From Ginglymostoma cirratum (lineage: Eukaryota), in the NCBI GenBank assembly GCA_024137785.1, contig JAHRHZ010000031.1:14094423-14158422 (forward strand): a stretch of DNA of 64,000 nt, written 5' to 3'. Every line of letters begins with the position of its first letter. Position 1 is the first letter of the stretch. The notes beneath the pieces were generated by a model. The model did no database searches, had not been told where the DNA came from, and worked only from the letters and a program-made list of their open reading frames with translations. This document shows, piece after piece, positions 11,886-23,670 of the stretch. A program made the position numbers and the translations under genes.

Positions 11886-14249
11886 ATTTATACGCAGTTT
11901 CTTCTTCTCTCACATGGAGTAGAGAACCTTGATGGTGATACTTCTTGACATGAAAGTCAGAGCAGGGCATCTAGCAGCTCCAGCCTGCCACTTCCTCCTT
12001 CAAGCCTCCACCTTGGACAGTCTTGAGCATCTCCAGGTACTCCGTACAGACAGAGACCATTCTATACCCACTGTTCACATTCGTTAGCATTGGACACACA
12101 TCAGCTTCATCACATTATCAAAGTGCGTTTCTGACTCTCAAAATATAGTTCTCTACTTTAATACTGCTCTTTGAAGTGCACCAACACCTTATATTGTAAT
12201 GCCTTTGTCAGGTCACTTTACATACTGGGAAGGGCACCCATCTCGTGCATTGGAAAATGTTGCATCTCCAGGCTGTTGGCTCACTTTGTTGGCATTCACT
12301 CATTCTGCACTTACTTGGATTCTCTGAGCAGCTCTGCCTTGCCTTGCATTTTTTTTATTTGAGGCTTGTGGCCTCATTCAGAACTCAAAGGCTCCCAGTA
12401 GATTTGTCTTGCCTTGCCATTTAGTGCCAGAACAAAGTAAGGCAGCTTTCCGTGTTTGCCAACAGTGATCAGTCCAGCATACGCCAGCAGTTTACAGAGC
12501 AACCGCACTCATGCTTCAGGCAGATGGTTATGTCTCGAAGTCCAAGGGGACATCCCCTGGTCAAGTCAAGGAAACAGTCATCAGTCACGGGTTTCTGTCA
12601 CAGTCAGTTGGAGATAGATCTGATTTCAGCCCACGGTCCTTGACACAGCCAGTTGGCTAATTTGGGACGGTCAGGGTTAAGTTTCCATACCACTGAAGTC
12701 CAGGAAATGTGCCAGATTGAGCCCTACAGGTCCAGTGCGACCAGTTCAGGGAGTAGTGCTATGTCAGTTGGGCAGCTGAGACCAGTCAGAGGTTTGGTCA
12801 CCATTAATCAGGACTGTCTGACTGCCCAGGAGGGTTTAGCCAAAGGTCACCACTGCCTGAAAATTAAGGGAGTGGTTGACATAGGGCACACTGTGGTATG
12901 AAGGCCAGGGTAGTCAGTAATGGGGATTGGAGGGAGCATGCTGGAGTGCAGAGTGAAAAATAAATGTGAAGGGACCAACTAAACATACTGTAAATACCAT
13001 TTCTTTATTTTTGTGTAGTTTTGATTATGGACTGAAATGGGAAAAGAATTTGTTTAAAAACCAAGGATTGTTAAAGGCACTTGTTAAAAACAAGTTGCTT
13101 GACATTCAATGTAAGTGTTGTTTACACAGCTGTTGGTTTAGCAGTGGAAAAGGCTAGTTACAGATAAGCTGGAACCAGGGACTCTGGAAATTTGGCTGCA
13201 ACAAGTAGCTGTTTGGTCTGAAATAGTGAAATGGTGACCAGTTATCAATGACAAATGCTTCCTGTGTGCTCGTAACTAAATGATAAGCTCCCAAGTAGTC
13301 GAACAGCTTAGGTAGGAACATCCAGGGTAGAAGTCATCGGATCGCTAGAAGGGAAGGAACTTTGTTTCTGCTCTGCAGTAAAAAGTATCCCAAACCTGAA
13401 GATAGCCACTTTATTTTCCACTTATTGATTACACTAAGCTGTGACTTAATTGATACATTAGAAACCTTTGTAAGTGTGAACCAGTCACCTTGTGCCTCTT
13501 GCAAACAAGTGGAAGTAGGAAGTACCCGAAGAAGGAAGATATAGAGGCAGTGTTCTCATCAGCAGATGGATAATGTCAACAAACCCTGTGGAGAAGAACC
13601 ACTAACTGCCTTCCTAGTATCTCATCGTCATTGTTATGACAATTATTCATAATTGTTTATCTGTAGTTTAGAATATTTATTTGTGATAAATAGTAATTCT
13701 TATTAAGCACAGCATTCTGGTCCATACTTTATCAAGGACTAAAAGACAGGTAAATAGGGGAAATTCTACATACTTCTTAAAATCTTTAACGTTTGTAACA
13801 ACTCTGAGCAGTGAGGGTATTATTTCTTGAATGCCAGTGCGGCGTGACGGTCTAACAGTGAGATGATAGTACATTGGAGAACATGGGTTCATGTGCTTTC
13901 GACAGGATGATGCAACATGAAGGTCAGCAAGGCTAACCTGTGGGTAATGTCGAGAGATGAAAATTACCTCAGAGTCAGGTAGGAACGTGTGGGAGCTCAC
14001 TCCTAAGTGGGTCGACAGTGAAGAAAGGAACATGAAGGGTTGTTTTTGGTCACTGATTAACTGTGCTAGCGTATTAGCCTGGGAGTTTTGGATTAATCTA
14101 GTAAAGTTATCACTAAACCACTGCCTCTCCTAATTGGACATCATTTGCTAAATAATTCTGATTATATTAAAAGTTAATCTTAAATTGGTGGTAAGTGTTT
14201 CAGTGGGCTTGCAGTACACTGGACATACTGGAACCTAAGGTTCTTGAGT

Positions 14250-14575
14250 AGGTTTGTAGCTTGGATTGTGGATGCTGTGGTTGGTTTGCTCGCTGAATTG
14301 TTTTGTTAGTTTGCAGACGTTTCATTGTTGTGTTTTCCCGCTGGTTATTTAAACTCTGGAAATGAGATAATCAACTCCAACGGACCCCAGAGTTTAAATG
14401 ACCAGCCGGAAAACACAACAATGCTTCTTCGGAGACTGCCCTGATGACATTACCCAGCAGGGTAACAAAACGTCTGCAAACTAACAAAACAACTCAGCGA
14501 GCGAACCAACCACATTACTCAGCAGGGTAATGAAACTAATGAACCAGCTCGGCAAGCATACCAGAACCTACATAT
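14250..14575. mobile_element. Penelope-type inverted terminal-repeat insertion
   Basis: 14276-14322 pairs with 14468-14514 and 14323-14359 pairs with 14387-14423; contains a hammerhead motif. Confidence 0.8.
14437..14478 (+). ncRNA. Minimal type-I hammerhead ribozyme motif (G12 mutated to A)
   Basis: tgcc-CTGATGA-c-a-TTACCC-agca-GGGTAA-c-AAAA-c-GTC-tgca; the inverted arm at 14316-14323 keeps GAAACGTC. Confidence 0.65.
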
Positions 14576-14749
14576 GTTAGTATTAGGGTTCATTGTTTCC
14601 TCTGAGCTACACATTGCACTGCGGAATGTGTTGCTGTGCGTGGATCTGAGGTTTGTGCAGTGTCAGAAAAATTAGAGGGAATGTTGCTAAGGCCCAGTTC
14701 TTTTCAAAAAGAAAGAATATGTACACCCATTGCAACTGTTTCAACTGGT

Positions 14750-15010
14750 GACAACCAATCTCTAGTTCATTTATCTGGGCAATGACTTGGCCAGTCAGAG
14801 GCTCGATGTCTGGCTTAAACTAAGTGAAGTTAGGCAGTTCACTCTCATCTCCTAACTGGTGCAGTCTCCTTGGCAATGCCTTTACCAGTCAATACACTGC
14901 ACTCATACAGTATAATTGTTGTTTTGCCTTTACATTAGTATTTCATGTGAATGATCTTGATGAGTGCAAGATGAAAAGTTTTGACAAACATGTCTTTTTC
15001 TTTCAACAAT
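14750..15010 (+). mobile_element. Penelope-like terminal region with a decayed hammerhead at 14954-14985
   Basis: Similar to the 40200-40380 and 32715-32930 copies; atc-TTGATGA-gtgcaagat-GAAA-agttttgac. Confidence 0.6.
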
Positions 15011-15314
15011 GTTCTGCAGGCAGTTGTTTTCAGTGGATAGCAGATCTGGTCTTGCAGATCTACTTGGAGAAAATTTGTCTTATTTTGTAGGAACAATACA
15101 GTATGCAGATTTCATAATTTTTGTTCTGGAATGAAGCTGCAAACTTGACAAATTCTCATACGGATTAATATCATAATGTCTTGGTAAAGAATGTTCCTGC
15201 ATTTAGTTTTGCATATGACATGGATTGTTCATAATATGTACAACAAGCATTTTGCTGATCAGGATAGATTTAGCCTGGCACCTCTGCATTAACATATCAA
15301 ATGCCTCGTGTTTG

Positions 15315-15512
15315 TGTGCGGAATGAATTTCCTATGGAAGCAGTGGATGTGGGTACAATTACAACATTTAAAAGACATTTGGGTAAGTACATGAATAAGG
15401 AAGATTTGGAGAGATATGGACCAGGAGGAGGCAGATGGGACTAATTTAATTTAGGATTATGTTTAGCATGGACTATCTTGGACCGAAGGGTCTGTTTCCA
15501 TGCTGTATGACT
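15315..15512 (+). mobile_element. CR1-type 3' tail
   Basis: ggaatga...acatttaaaagacatttgg...ggaccgaagggtctgtttccatgctgtatgactc. Confidence 0.75.
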
Positions 15513-16084
15513 CATCAAAACCCCATATAGGAAGAAACTTTGAACAATCAAATCTGGCAAAAGAGCAAACCAGTTGGAATCAACTTTTTTTTTTGTGCAT
15601 TTGTGGCGCTGTGATCATGCCTGTACCTCTGGGCCAGAAAACCTGGGTTCAAGTCACACCTGCTCCAGAAGACACAAACATAGGGCTAGAATGAAGCAAA
15701 TGTATTGCATATGATGATTTAATGCCCTGAGTAGACCCATTTTAGGGAAGGCAAGATCAGGGACAGTATCTTTCCAAATTTGATACACGTCTTGTTAAGC
15801 TTGTTAAAAGGTCAATTAAGACCAGATCTTGACAGGTGACTGAGACAACAGCTGTAGTCACAGATTTCCCCTCCACACAAGCACCATGGCCGCTATGGGT
15901 CATTTTCAAATTTCAAATCTTTTGAAAGCATCTCTGTCCTCTGCTTGCAATGGCAAGATGTGACTCTGCTAAGGGTGTCCTTCTGTCCCTCTAGCTTCGA
16001 GGCTCTGCCTGTTGTCTTTAACTGGATGGTAATAGCACTGTGCTTATTAATTGGCCAAATCAGGCAAAATCCAAGTTGGTGATT

Positions 16085-16200
16085 GGGTCTCTTGTGGTGC
16101 AGTGGTAGTTTCCCTACCCTTGGACCAAGTGACCTGGGTTCAAGTCCCAGCTGCTCCAGGGATGTGTAATAACATCTCTGAACAGGTTGATCAGCAAAAT
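16085..16200 (+). mobile_element. Short tRNA-derived SINE, family C
   Basis: tggtgcagtggta A-box, GGTTCAAGTCC B-box; matches the 7294 copy. Confidence 0.75.
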
Positions 16201-16370
16201 AGGCTCAATTTTAAACAAAAAAAATTAAGTTGGTGACTACAGAGTCAAGAACACAGTAACGTATCATATCAATCTATTCTATCATTTGTTCCCTAGTTTG
16301 AAGAACTATGATCTTACAAATTAACTGAGTTTAGAGAGTATTTGAGTTATTTGTAACGTATTCTGATAAG

Positions 16371-16543
16371 GTGCAGGTAAATTCAAAAATCCTGAAGAAG
16401 AGAAAGGCAGAGAGAATGAAAAGGGCAAAGAAGAAGAAGAAAAGTCATATCAGAGGCAGGGAGATGGAGACAAACAGTGCCTGGAAAGACAGGAAGCGAT
16501 GGAAGGGGAACAGAGACAACTGGAATTCCTAGAACAGGAAAAG
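16371..16543 (+). CDS. OFD1: OFD1 coiled-coil exon (equivalent to human exon 20); start may be 16377
   Basis: Purine-rich, phase 1 to 0: AGKFKNPEEEKGRENEKGKEEEEKSYQRQGDGDKQCLERQEAMEGEQRQLEFLEQEK, resembling human ...LERERRELEKLYQE; |gtgaaa donor; two in-frame AG acceptors. Confidence 0.85.
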
Positions 16544-17612
16544 GTGAAATTTTTTTTTTATATATGTGAGATGCTTACAGTTAGCATTTCACCTTTTGCC
16601 ATTTATTGCATTCCATATTTCCTTTGTATTTTACAAAAGTGGCTTGGTGATTCTGGAAAGCATTCCAAAAGTAGGATCAGAAAAACCATTCTGACCACTA
16701 AGATTCCAAAACATACTACCACCTCATGAAGTAAACAATGACATTGACACCCAACTCCAAAAACTGAAAAAATATATCTGAAATAGTCCAATTCATACTC
16801 TAACCGAACGGTGAGCAATACTGGGAGAGTTTTCAAAATTCATTGCTATTAGGTATTATTTGTTTGGAGGACAAGTAATGAAATCAACTTGGGGGCAGTC
16901 ATTTGGGTGTTGAATCAGGGCCCTACCGGGTTAAATGGAGGCCTTGACCTTGCACTATGTTGGGAAGTTGGAGGGTGAATGGGAGGTTCTCAAGTTTGAT
17001 CAAAGCCATTTAGTGAGAGACAGAGGGTACCTCCTTCTTGAGGTTAGCTCTCTAAACTTTTGTCAACATTAAAACCAGAACGATCAGATAATGCAGAGAA
17101 AATTATCAGCACAAATTGATGGGTCAAATGGACAGTTTCTGGATCATTCCCTGAATCGTTCCAGATTTCAAAGTTATTCTATAAACAGTTGTTAGTGGAT
17201 ATTCTAGAATAGCTTACATATCTTTTCTCTCCACCTGATTCATAACTCAACTTCTAACTGTCATCTCCCAGCCAAGGTCTGAAATGTGCAGGAAAATTAA
17301 CAAGTGCAAAGCCACATCCAGCTGCTTTTATCAAGTTGCCCTCATGATGTTTGGGGTTACTAAACACTTTAAAATCCCTTTGTAGCCTCTTTATTCAGCC
17401 ATAAATTGATACTGTAAATTTTGCTATCAGTGGAAATTCCAAAATGCTCATTACATTTATTCAATACAACTCATATTTCATCATCTTCAATATCAAAACG
17501 TTCCTCATATCAAAATCAGAGCTTCTTTTCAAACCAGTTTTGTCCTTTAACCTGTACTTTTCTTTTTGGTTATTATGATCTTAATGTTTTGAACTTTACA
17601 CACCTTTAAAAG

Positions 17613-17759
17613 GAGGAAAAACTGAAGATTGAGTCAAACAAAGAGAGATCAAAGGAGTGGATTTCAGAAGGTGCAGAATTGCCAGCTTCAAGTACAGATC
17701 CACTTGAAAAATATATGAAAATAATTCAACAGCAGAAGGAAGAAGAATTGCAAGAACAG
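17613..17759 (+). CDS. OFD1: OFD1 coding exon (equivalent to human exon 21)
   Basis: cctttaaaag| ... |gtgatt; 147 bp: EEKLKIESNKERSKEWISEGAELPASSTDPLEKYMKIIQQQKEEELQEQ; PLEKYMKIIQQ matches the conserved OFD1 C-terminal motif. Confidence 0.93.
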
Positions 17760-19099
17760 GTGATTTGATGTAATTGATGCTCTTTAAAGTAGAATAATCA
17801 TCTCATTTTTGTGAAAGTAGAGTGGCATAATGGGGAGTGCACTGTTTTTCAAACATTTGCATAAACAATCCCAGTCTTATACCTTCTCCCAAAGCAGTGT
17901 AATATTTCAACTTTGTGCCATCCTCTTATAGCTAGTTATGATATGTTTGTAATGACTATTTATGTTTTATTTGAGTATCAATCCAAATAATGGTATAATC
18001 AGTTCTTCAAATTTATGTCGAAACACTTTGAATATTTCAATAAAACGTTTTGAATTTGATAACTTCAAATCATTTCTGGTGTAACACAACATGCCTGTCT
18101 CCGCTAAATCCAAGTTGATCTGGACCACAAAACATTAAGATCGATATTACGGTATTGTTTCTGTGGGCAAGTTCAGAATTTGGTAGCAATGGATTTTCTT
18201 TATTTGTTTGTGGGATGTTGGATTTATTGGCTGGGCCAGCATTTGTTACTCATTGCTAGTTGTAGTTTTATTTGTATGGCAGTCAGTGGTTCAAAGGAAA
18301 GCTCAAGGCACAAAACTTTGTGTATATTTCTCTTGCCGGGTGTTTCCCACTCCTCTATTAGTGTCTTTGAGGAAAGTCCAGGTGATTCTGTTTGTCGTCA
18401 CTTTGCTAAATGGTGTTGAACATTTCAATAAAGTTCTACACTGAAATATTAATTAATCATTTCTTTTGGATGAGGAGCAAAGTTTGGAGACATTTGTAAT
18501 TTGCCATTTGTCCCACTACACAACAACTTTTCATAAAGTTCCTAGTGGTTTCAAATATGAGTTAAAATATTGAATTAAAGCAAATCCTCTGGTAGATAAC
18601 ATAAATTATGTCAAGCGTGCTTATTTAACAGTTCTTAGAATGGCTTCTGCCCACCCTCCCTCAATTGAGAAATATCACAACAAGAACAGGGGACAAGTAG
18701 TACTTAGTGTAGAATTTGAAAGCAGCGTTTGGTTGAGCTCATGCTCTTGCTAAATGGAGGATTGCCATGAAAACATTGGAGTAATTTAGTCTGAAGATGA
18801 TTGTGATGTGGTTGAGTGTTCCATTAGCAGTTGAGGTAGAGAGTAAGGTATACAATGTCACAGGTATAGAAGTCCGTAATGCTTTTGGTGGAGAAGCTTT
18901 CAAAGGGAAAATGACACTGCAAAATAGCACCTAGATTGCTTAAAATAAGATTTTCCACTTTCTGAATTACTTGATCTGAACTCCCCATTACAAACATTGC
19001 TTAGTTCCATCTGTCTAGCAACAGTCACCCCAAACAGCAGCTCCTTTCATTTGCCAATGAAACACAGCTGAGCATAATATTTCAGTGATATTCTGGCCT

Positions 19100-19485
19100 G
19101 TTTTGTCCTCTTCATCTTTCATCAGCTTAACCAAAATTCTTTTGCTCATCTATCCTTTACGAGTTGTGTTTACTCACTGACTTATATTGGTTTCCAGACC
19201 TTCAACGATCAAATTTTAACTTTTCCTTTTTTGAATGTTATGATCTTGACCTTGCCCCTCCTTAATGCTAACTTCCTCATGCCTACAACACTGCCCATAC
19301 ATTTCTTTCTGAAAGAAATGAGTCCTTTCTTTTGCTCCATTTGAAGATATGCATCTTTGCTTGGCTTCCAACCATTCCTCCCCAAGATAGCTCTGTCTTA
19401 ATGTACATTGTACCTCTCTAATCAGGCAAAGTATTTTGGGACAATATTCTTGTTAAAGGTACGGCAGAAATGTAAGTTGCTCAGC
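19100..19485 (+). mobile_element. Highly degraded L2-like LINE 3' end
   Basis: Decayed QL.QNS / L.DL.W.P / R..F motifs and an L2-like tail; similar remnants at about 32100-32640 and 61510-61730. Confidence 0.45.
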
Positions 19486-19555
19486 TTAATTTTTTTTGTA
19501 CTGTGATAGTTTGATAACCCACTAAAATGCAATAACTGCAAAATGTCCTTTTCAG

Positions 19556-19620
19556 AGTTCTAAAAGGGAAGTAGAAGAGAGTTCTTTACTCCAAACGTTG
19601 TCAGATGGAAAAGCTGGCAG
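19556..19620 (+). CDS. OFD1: OFD1 penultimate coding exon
   Basis: tccttttcag| ... |gtaaga; 65 bp: SSKREVEESSLLQTLSDGKAG(S), similar to human SSKKMVQEGSLVDTL. Confidence 0.9.
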
Positions 19621-20550
19621 GTAAGAGAAAATCCCAATTTCATATTTACACTTCACAGGGCTTTTTAAAAGATGCAATGGAAAAATAATAATAATCTATC
19701 ATAGTTATTAGGGCAAAACTAAAATGGTGCAACTCACTTGTTTGCCCAGTAAAATTTGCTGAATAAGTTAAGTCTGTCTTTGCTTTTCAAAATATTGCTA
19801 CCATTGTACATTTTTGGTAAATACCATGATTGAATTAGCTGCAACAAGTTATTATTGCTACAGATCGATGTTCCATACATTTTTAAACTTTAAAGCCTTA
19901 TGAAATAAATTATTGTAGAGATAACAGAGCGCTTAGAGAGGACTAGAAGCAGAGTTTGCTGTAAGGTGTCCGAACCCATGTAAACTTAAAATCTCCAGAA
20001 TATCCAGTAGTTATGTCTGTTTTGCTGAATTAACATCACTGAAAGGTAGTCGTCATTCCTTCCAATTGAAAGTGACAAACAATTATAGCTTTGAAGCCAT
20101 TGCACAAAATGCTATTTATGTTCAGAGCCATATTTAAAATCTAACAACAAGTGTTTGGAATCTGATATTAAAACAGTTAAGCTGCATGCAAAAACACCCG
20201 GACAGCATTCAGGCTTTGGTTTAATGATTGCAAACAATAGCTGCCATGCCTAGCAAGGGGAAAATCTAACCATTGCCGAAGTCAACATCCTAAGGATCAT
20301 GAAACAGAAATACTGTGCTGCTAAGACATTGTAATTTTGCACTGATTTACTTTGGCTCCCCAGAGCCTGTCCACTATTTACAAGATACAAATCGGGAATA
20401 GGATGGAATATTCCCTACTTGTCTGGATGAGTGTACTTTCAGCTCCAAGTTCCTCCAGCTAAAACTGTGTTTTAATGAGGACTGTGGCTACAGAGAATAA
20501 TATCAGTTACCTGGCTGTTCGTTGCTTACAGTGACATTTTCATTTTACAG

Positions 20551-20593
20551 TTCTGCAGCTTCGCATGATGAAGGTGATGACAATTTCTGGTGA
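20551..20593 (+). CDS. OFD1: OFD1 last coding exon
   Basis: ttttcattttacag| acceptor; SAASHDEGDDNFW then TGA at 20591-20593; human ends SHEELDDSW*. Confidence 0.92.
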
Positions 20594-21507
20594 AATACAC
20601 CCAACTACAAAACAGACCTACTGCAGAATGTAATCCATTGTACACTTGAAATTTTAATTGGATTCATATAAATATTTAATTCTTAATAATGTTCTGTCTA
20701 AAGACTTTTTTTTTAAAAAATACTTTAATCACACTGTTCATTGACTAATTATGATACAATTTTTATGCAAAAACTCTGTAAAATGTAAGTTTGAGAAAAA
20801 GTTAAAACCTTTTGTGATTGATACAAACTTATCCCTTCAGGTCTGAATTTTTCAGCTATGGCCTATAGGGTAACCTGTTAGTACTAACTTCGGAGACTGA
20901 TATTTATATGTATAGGGAAAAGTCGAGGGAAAAGTGAAACAGGAAGGGAAAAAGGCTAATTAAAAATAGCACATGGATAGTATGAAAAGGAAAATGAAAG
21001 AAACACACATTTCAGAAATGAGAGGGTGGGAAGAAATCAAAACAGGCTTTAGATAACAAAATAAAAAAACAAAAAAGAGAATTGTGACTTCTGCCCCCAA
21101 GTTGTTGATTGATGTCTTTGGCTTAGGTTATGCATCTGCATAGACATAAAATTTAAACTCAAATGACTTATTAGCCATTTGGAAGGGAACACGAGAAAGA
21201 TGATGACTGTTACAATAGAAAATAGTTTACTTATCAGATTATAAAAGACAAATTACAGACGGTGATTCTAAGCCATGCAATTTCAGTGCATAGAAATGTT
21301 CTGCTCAAGCAACTAAACGAAACAGGGTAACATTGTAATGTTAAAAAAAATCTAGCTTTTAGTTCAAGGCAAACATTTAAGTCAGATTTACCCATATGCT
21401 TTATTTGCTCAATAGTATGTTCAACTGTCTTGCCTTGGATACAAAGAATTTGACTTGCTGAAATATACAAGAATACTTTAAACATCTTAACACTAGGAGA
21501 AATAGCT

Positions 21508-21513
21508 TTTATT
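21508..21513 (-). promoter_or_regulatory. Candidate AATAAA polyadenylation signal for the long-tail GPM6B isoform
   Basis: TTTATT on plus about 1.3 kb past the distal stop; alternative at 21400-21405. Confidence 0.4.
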
Positions 21514-22828
21514 TAATTGTTAATGAATTAGCACATAACTACTAAAATTGAAAAGTAAATTTCCACAGAAAAGTCCTGGAAACAAACTTGGTTAATCTTC
21601 CTCTTCATATGTAAGTGAAGTTTATATGCCCAAGTTAATGTTAAAGTTAAAGTTTAATTTGAAAGAATGCTGTATACTAAAAATGATTTAATTACAAAGT
21701 GACATAAAATGAATTTAACATAACTCTTATAGAATACCTGTTAATGGAATTTGTCACAGGAACTGTTCAGGTTAACAATGTGCGAAGATATGCACTTTCA
21801 TTCAAATAATTAAACTTGTGATAGATATGAGAATTTTAGTTCAAATCATAAGAACAATTTATAACCGCTGGCTTTTGCATGTCCTAATTTTAGCAGTATG
21901 TTTAGTAAAGGAAGATTGTAAATGCCTAAAGTTAGCATTTGTTGACGTTAGAAAGAAAAAGCTGCAGGAATGAGGGCACCTGAATTGTAAAATAACGTTA
22001 ACTAGATTTAATCATCCACTTCTGTCTATCAAAACTGAGCTAAAACTCATTACTGAGTCGTGTTGGTTAACTCGAACAACAATAGAAAACTTAAACTGCA
22101 TGTTTAAGATATAAAATGATAAATGATTAATGTATTAGATTATATTTGCTTATTAGAAACACTGAAAATACTAATTTCAGATTGGATATACAAAAAATGC
22201 AGGCATGATTAAACTATCTGGAATCTTAAAAATTTGTTAATAATGAAATGATAAAGAAGGCTGTGGTCTACAGTAATAAATCAGATTATTACACGTGGAA
22301 AATGAAAGAGATCTATTGCAAAACCATTATGTATTTGGAATACATTTACGTGGATTCCAAAAGCTAGTTTCTTTCTCTTTCTGATAGCTCAATTAGTTTA
22401 CTTTTGCTGCCACCATCCCACCCCCACTACCTCACACACTCACACACTCACACACACACAGCCTCCCCACCCTCCCCCCCCCAAAAAAAACTGCTGTTGA
22501 TCTGTTTTTAATGCACGCTGAAGTTGTACAGCAAATGTAGTCCAGAAATGGAAAAAGGAGCCTAAAGACTAATTCCAAGTACAATTTATGATGAAAATAA
22601 ATCTATTAAAACTGAGCACTTTCCTGGAATCTTAGGAACTGAGGAATGATCTGTAATACAGGAATTAATACAAACTGCTCACTGAAGATGTTCAGTTTGG
22701 TACTTAACACTTGCAAATTTGCTTGTTAATGGACGCACATCTGTACTGCACAGCAGTCTATAGATTTGTCACAGCTGCTAGGTTTTCTGTTCAATGGCTC
22801 TGCTGGTAAAAGTTGGACTGTATTGTTC

Positions 22829-22981
22829 TTATGTGTAAGAATTCAGTCGTTCTTTTGATCGGGAAGCATGGATATCGTGAAGTTCCTGCTCTTCTTTCGT
22901 TTTGAGATCCTGGTATATTTGCATTTTGCATGCATCCTTCAAGTACGCCCAGTTTGCAGACAAAATCATGAGGAAATGGAT
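22829..22981 (-). CDS. GPM6B: GPM6B distal alternative terminal exon (long, M6A-like tail)
   Basis: cccttctcttccag| acceptor; IHFLMILSANWAYLKDACKMQIYQDLKTKEEQELHDIHASRSKERLNSYT* (TAA 22831-22829). Confidence 0.96.
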   Translation of the reverse strand: MHFLMILSANWAYLKDACKMQIYQDLKTKEEQELHDIHASRSKERLNSYT

Positions 22982-23469
22982 CTGGAAGAGAAGGGTGAGG
23001 AGGATGGCTAGTGAGCATGTCAAGATGCATAGCATGCTGCTCGTCAGATTACTCCAAGCTGTTAATTAAAACAAGGTTACAATTAAGGGTAAAACTAAAG
23101 ATCGTATAATTCTCAGTAGTGCAACAACTTAGCTGTTATTTGGGATCACACAAAGACGCAGCTGTCAACACACAAAAGTATGGACATGAAAACTAATTCA
23201 TGAAGCTCTATCTTGAAATACAGTTTAAAGAGAGACATGGACAGTTTTCTATGTCCTGAAAGTTTTTGAAAATCATGAACCAAAGCTAGAAACCAAGTCT
23301 TAAAAATACAGAATACTGAATTTAGTTTAATAAAAGATGTTTTCTAGGTATGCATTTACAACAGTCTAAATTATAGGGAGCATATGATGCTGTTTTCTTA
23401 GGAGAATGTTCGTGAAAAATGCCTAAATCCAACCCAAAATGTAAGTATGTAGAGAAGACTGCATTTTGA

Positions 23470-23670
23470 ATCATCATAGAACTGCTACAATGCAGAAGGA
23501 GGCCATTCGATCAATAGAGTGACCCCCTGAAGAGCATCTCACCCAGACATAGCTCCCCACTATATCCTATAATTCCACATTTACCATGGCTAATCTACCT
23601 AACCTACACATCCCTGAACACTTCGGACAATTTCAGCATAGCCAATCCACCTAACCTGACATCTTTAGAC
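23470..23670 (-). mobile_element. HE1-type SINE 3' half
   Basis: Reverse complement matches aaagatgt.aggttaggtggattggc.atgct of the 11051 copy. Confidence 0.75.

Noticed and set aside
11940-12900. GC-richer stretch that might be a decayed retroelement ORF
   Set aside because: No convincing motif recovered in any frame.
13010-13800. Possible solo LTR (TG...TAACA); similar stretch at about 44620-45105
   Set aside because: No TSD, primer-binding site or second copy visible; cannot be supported without a repeat library.
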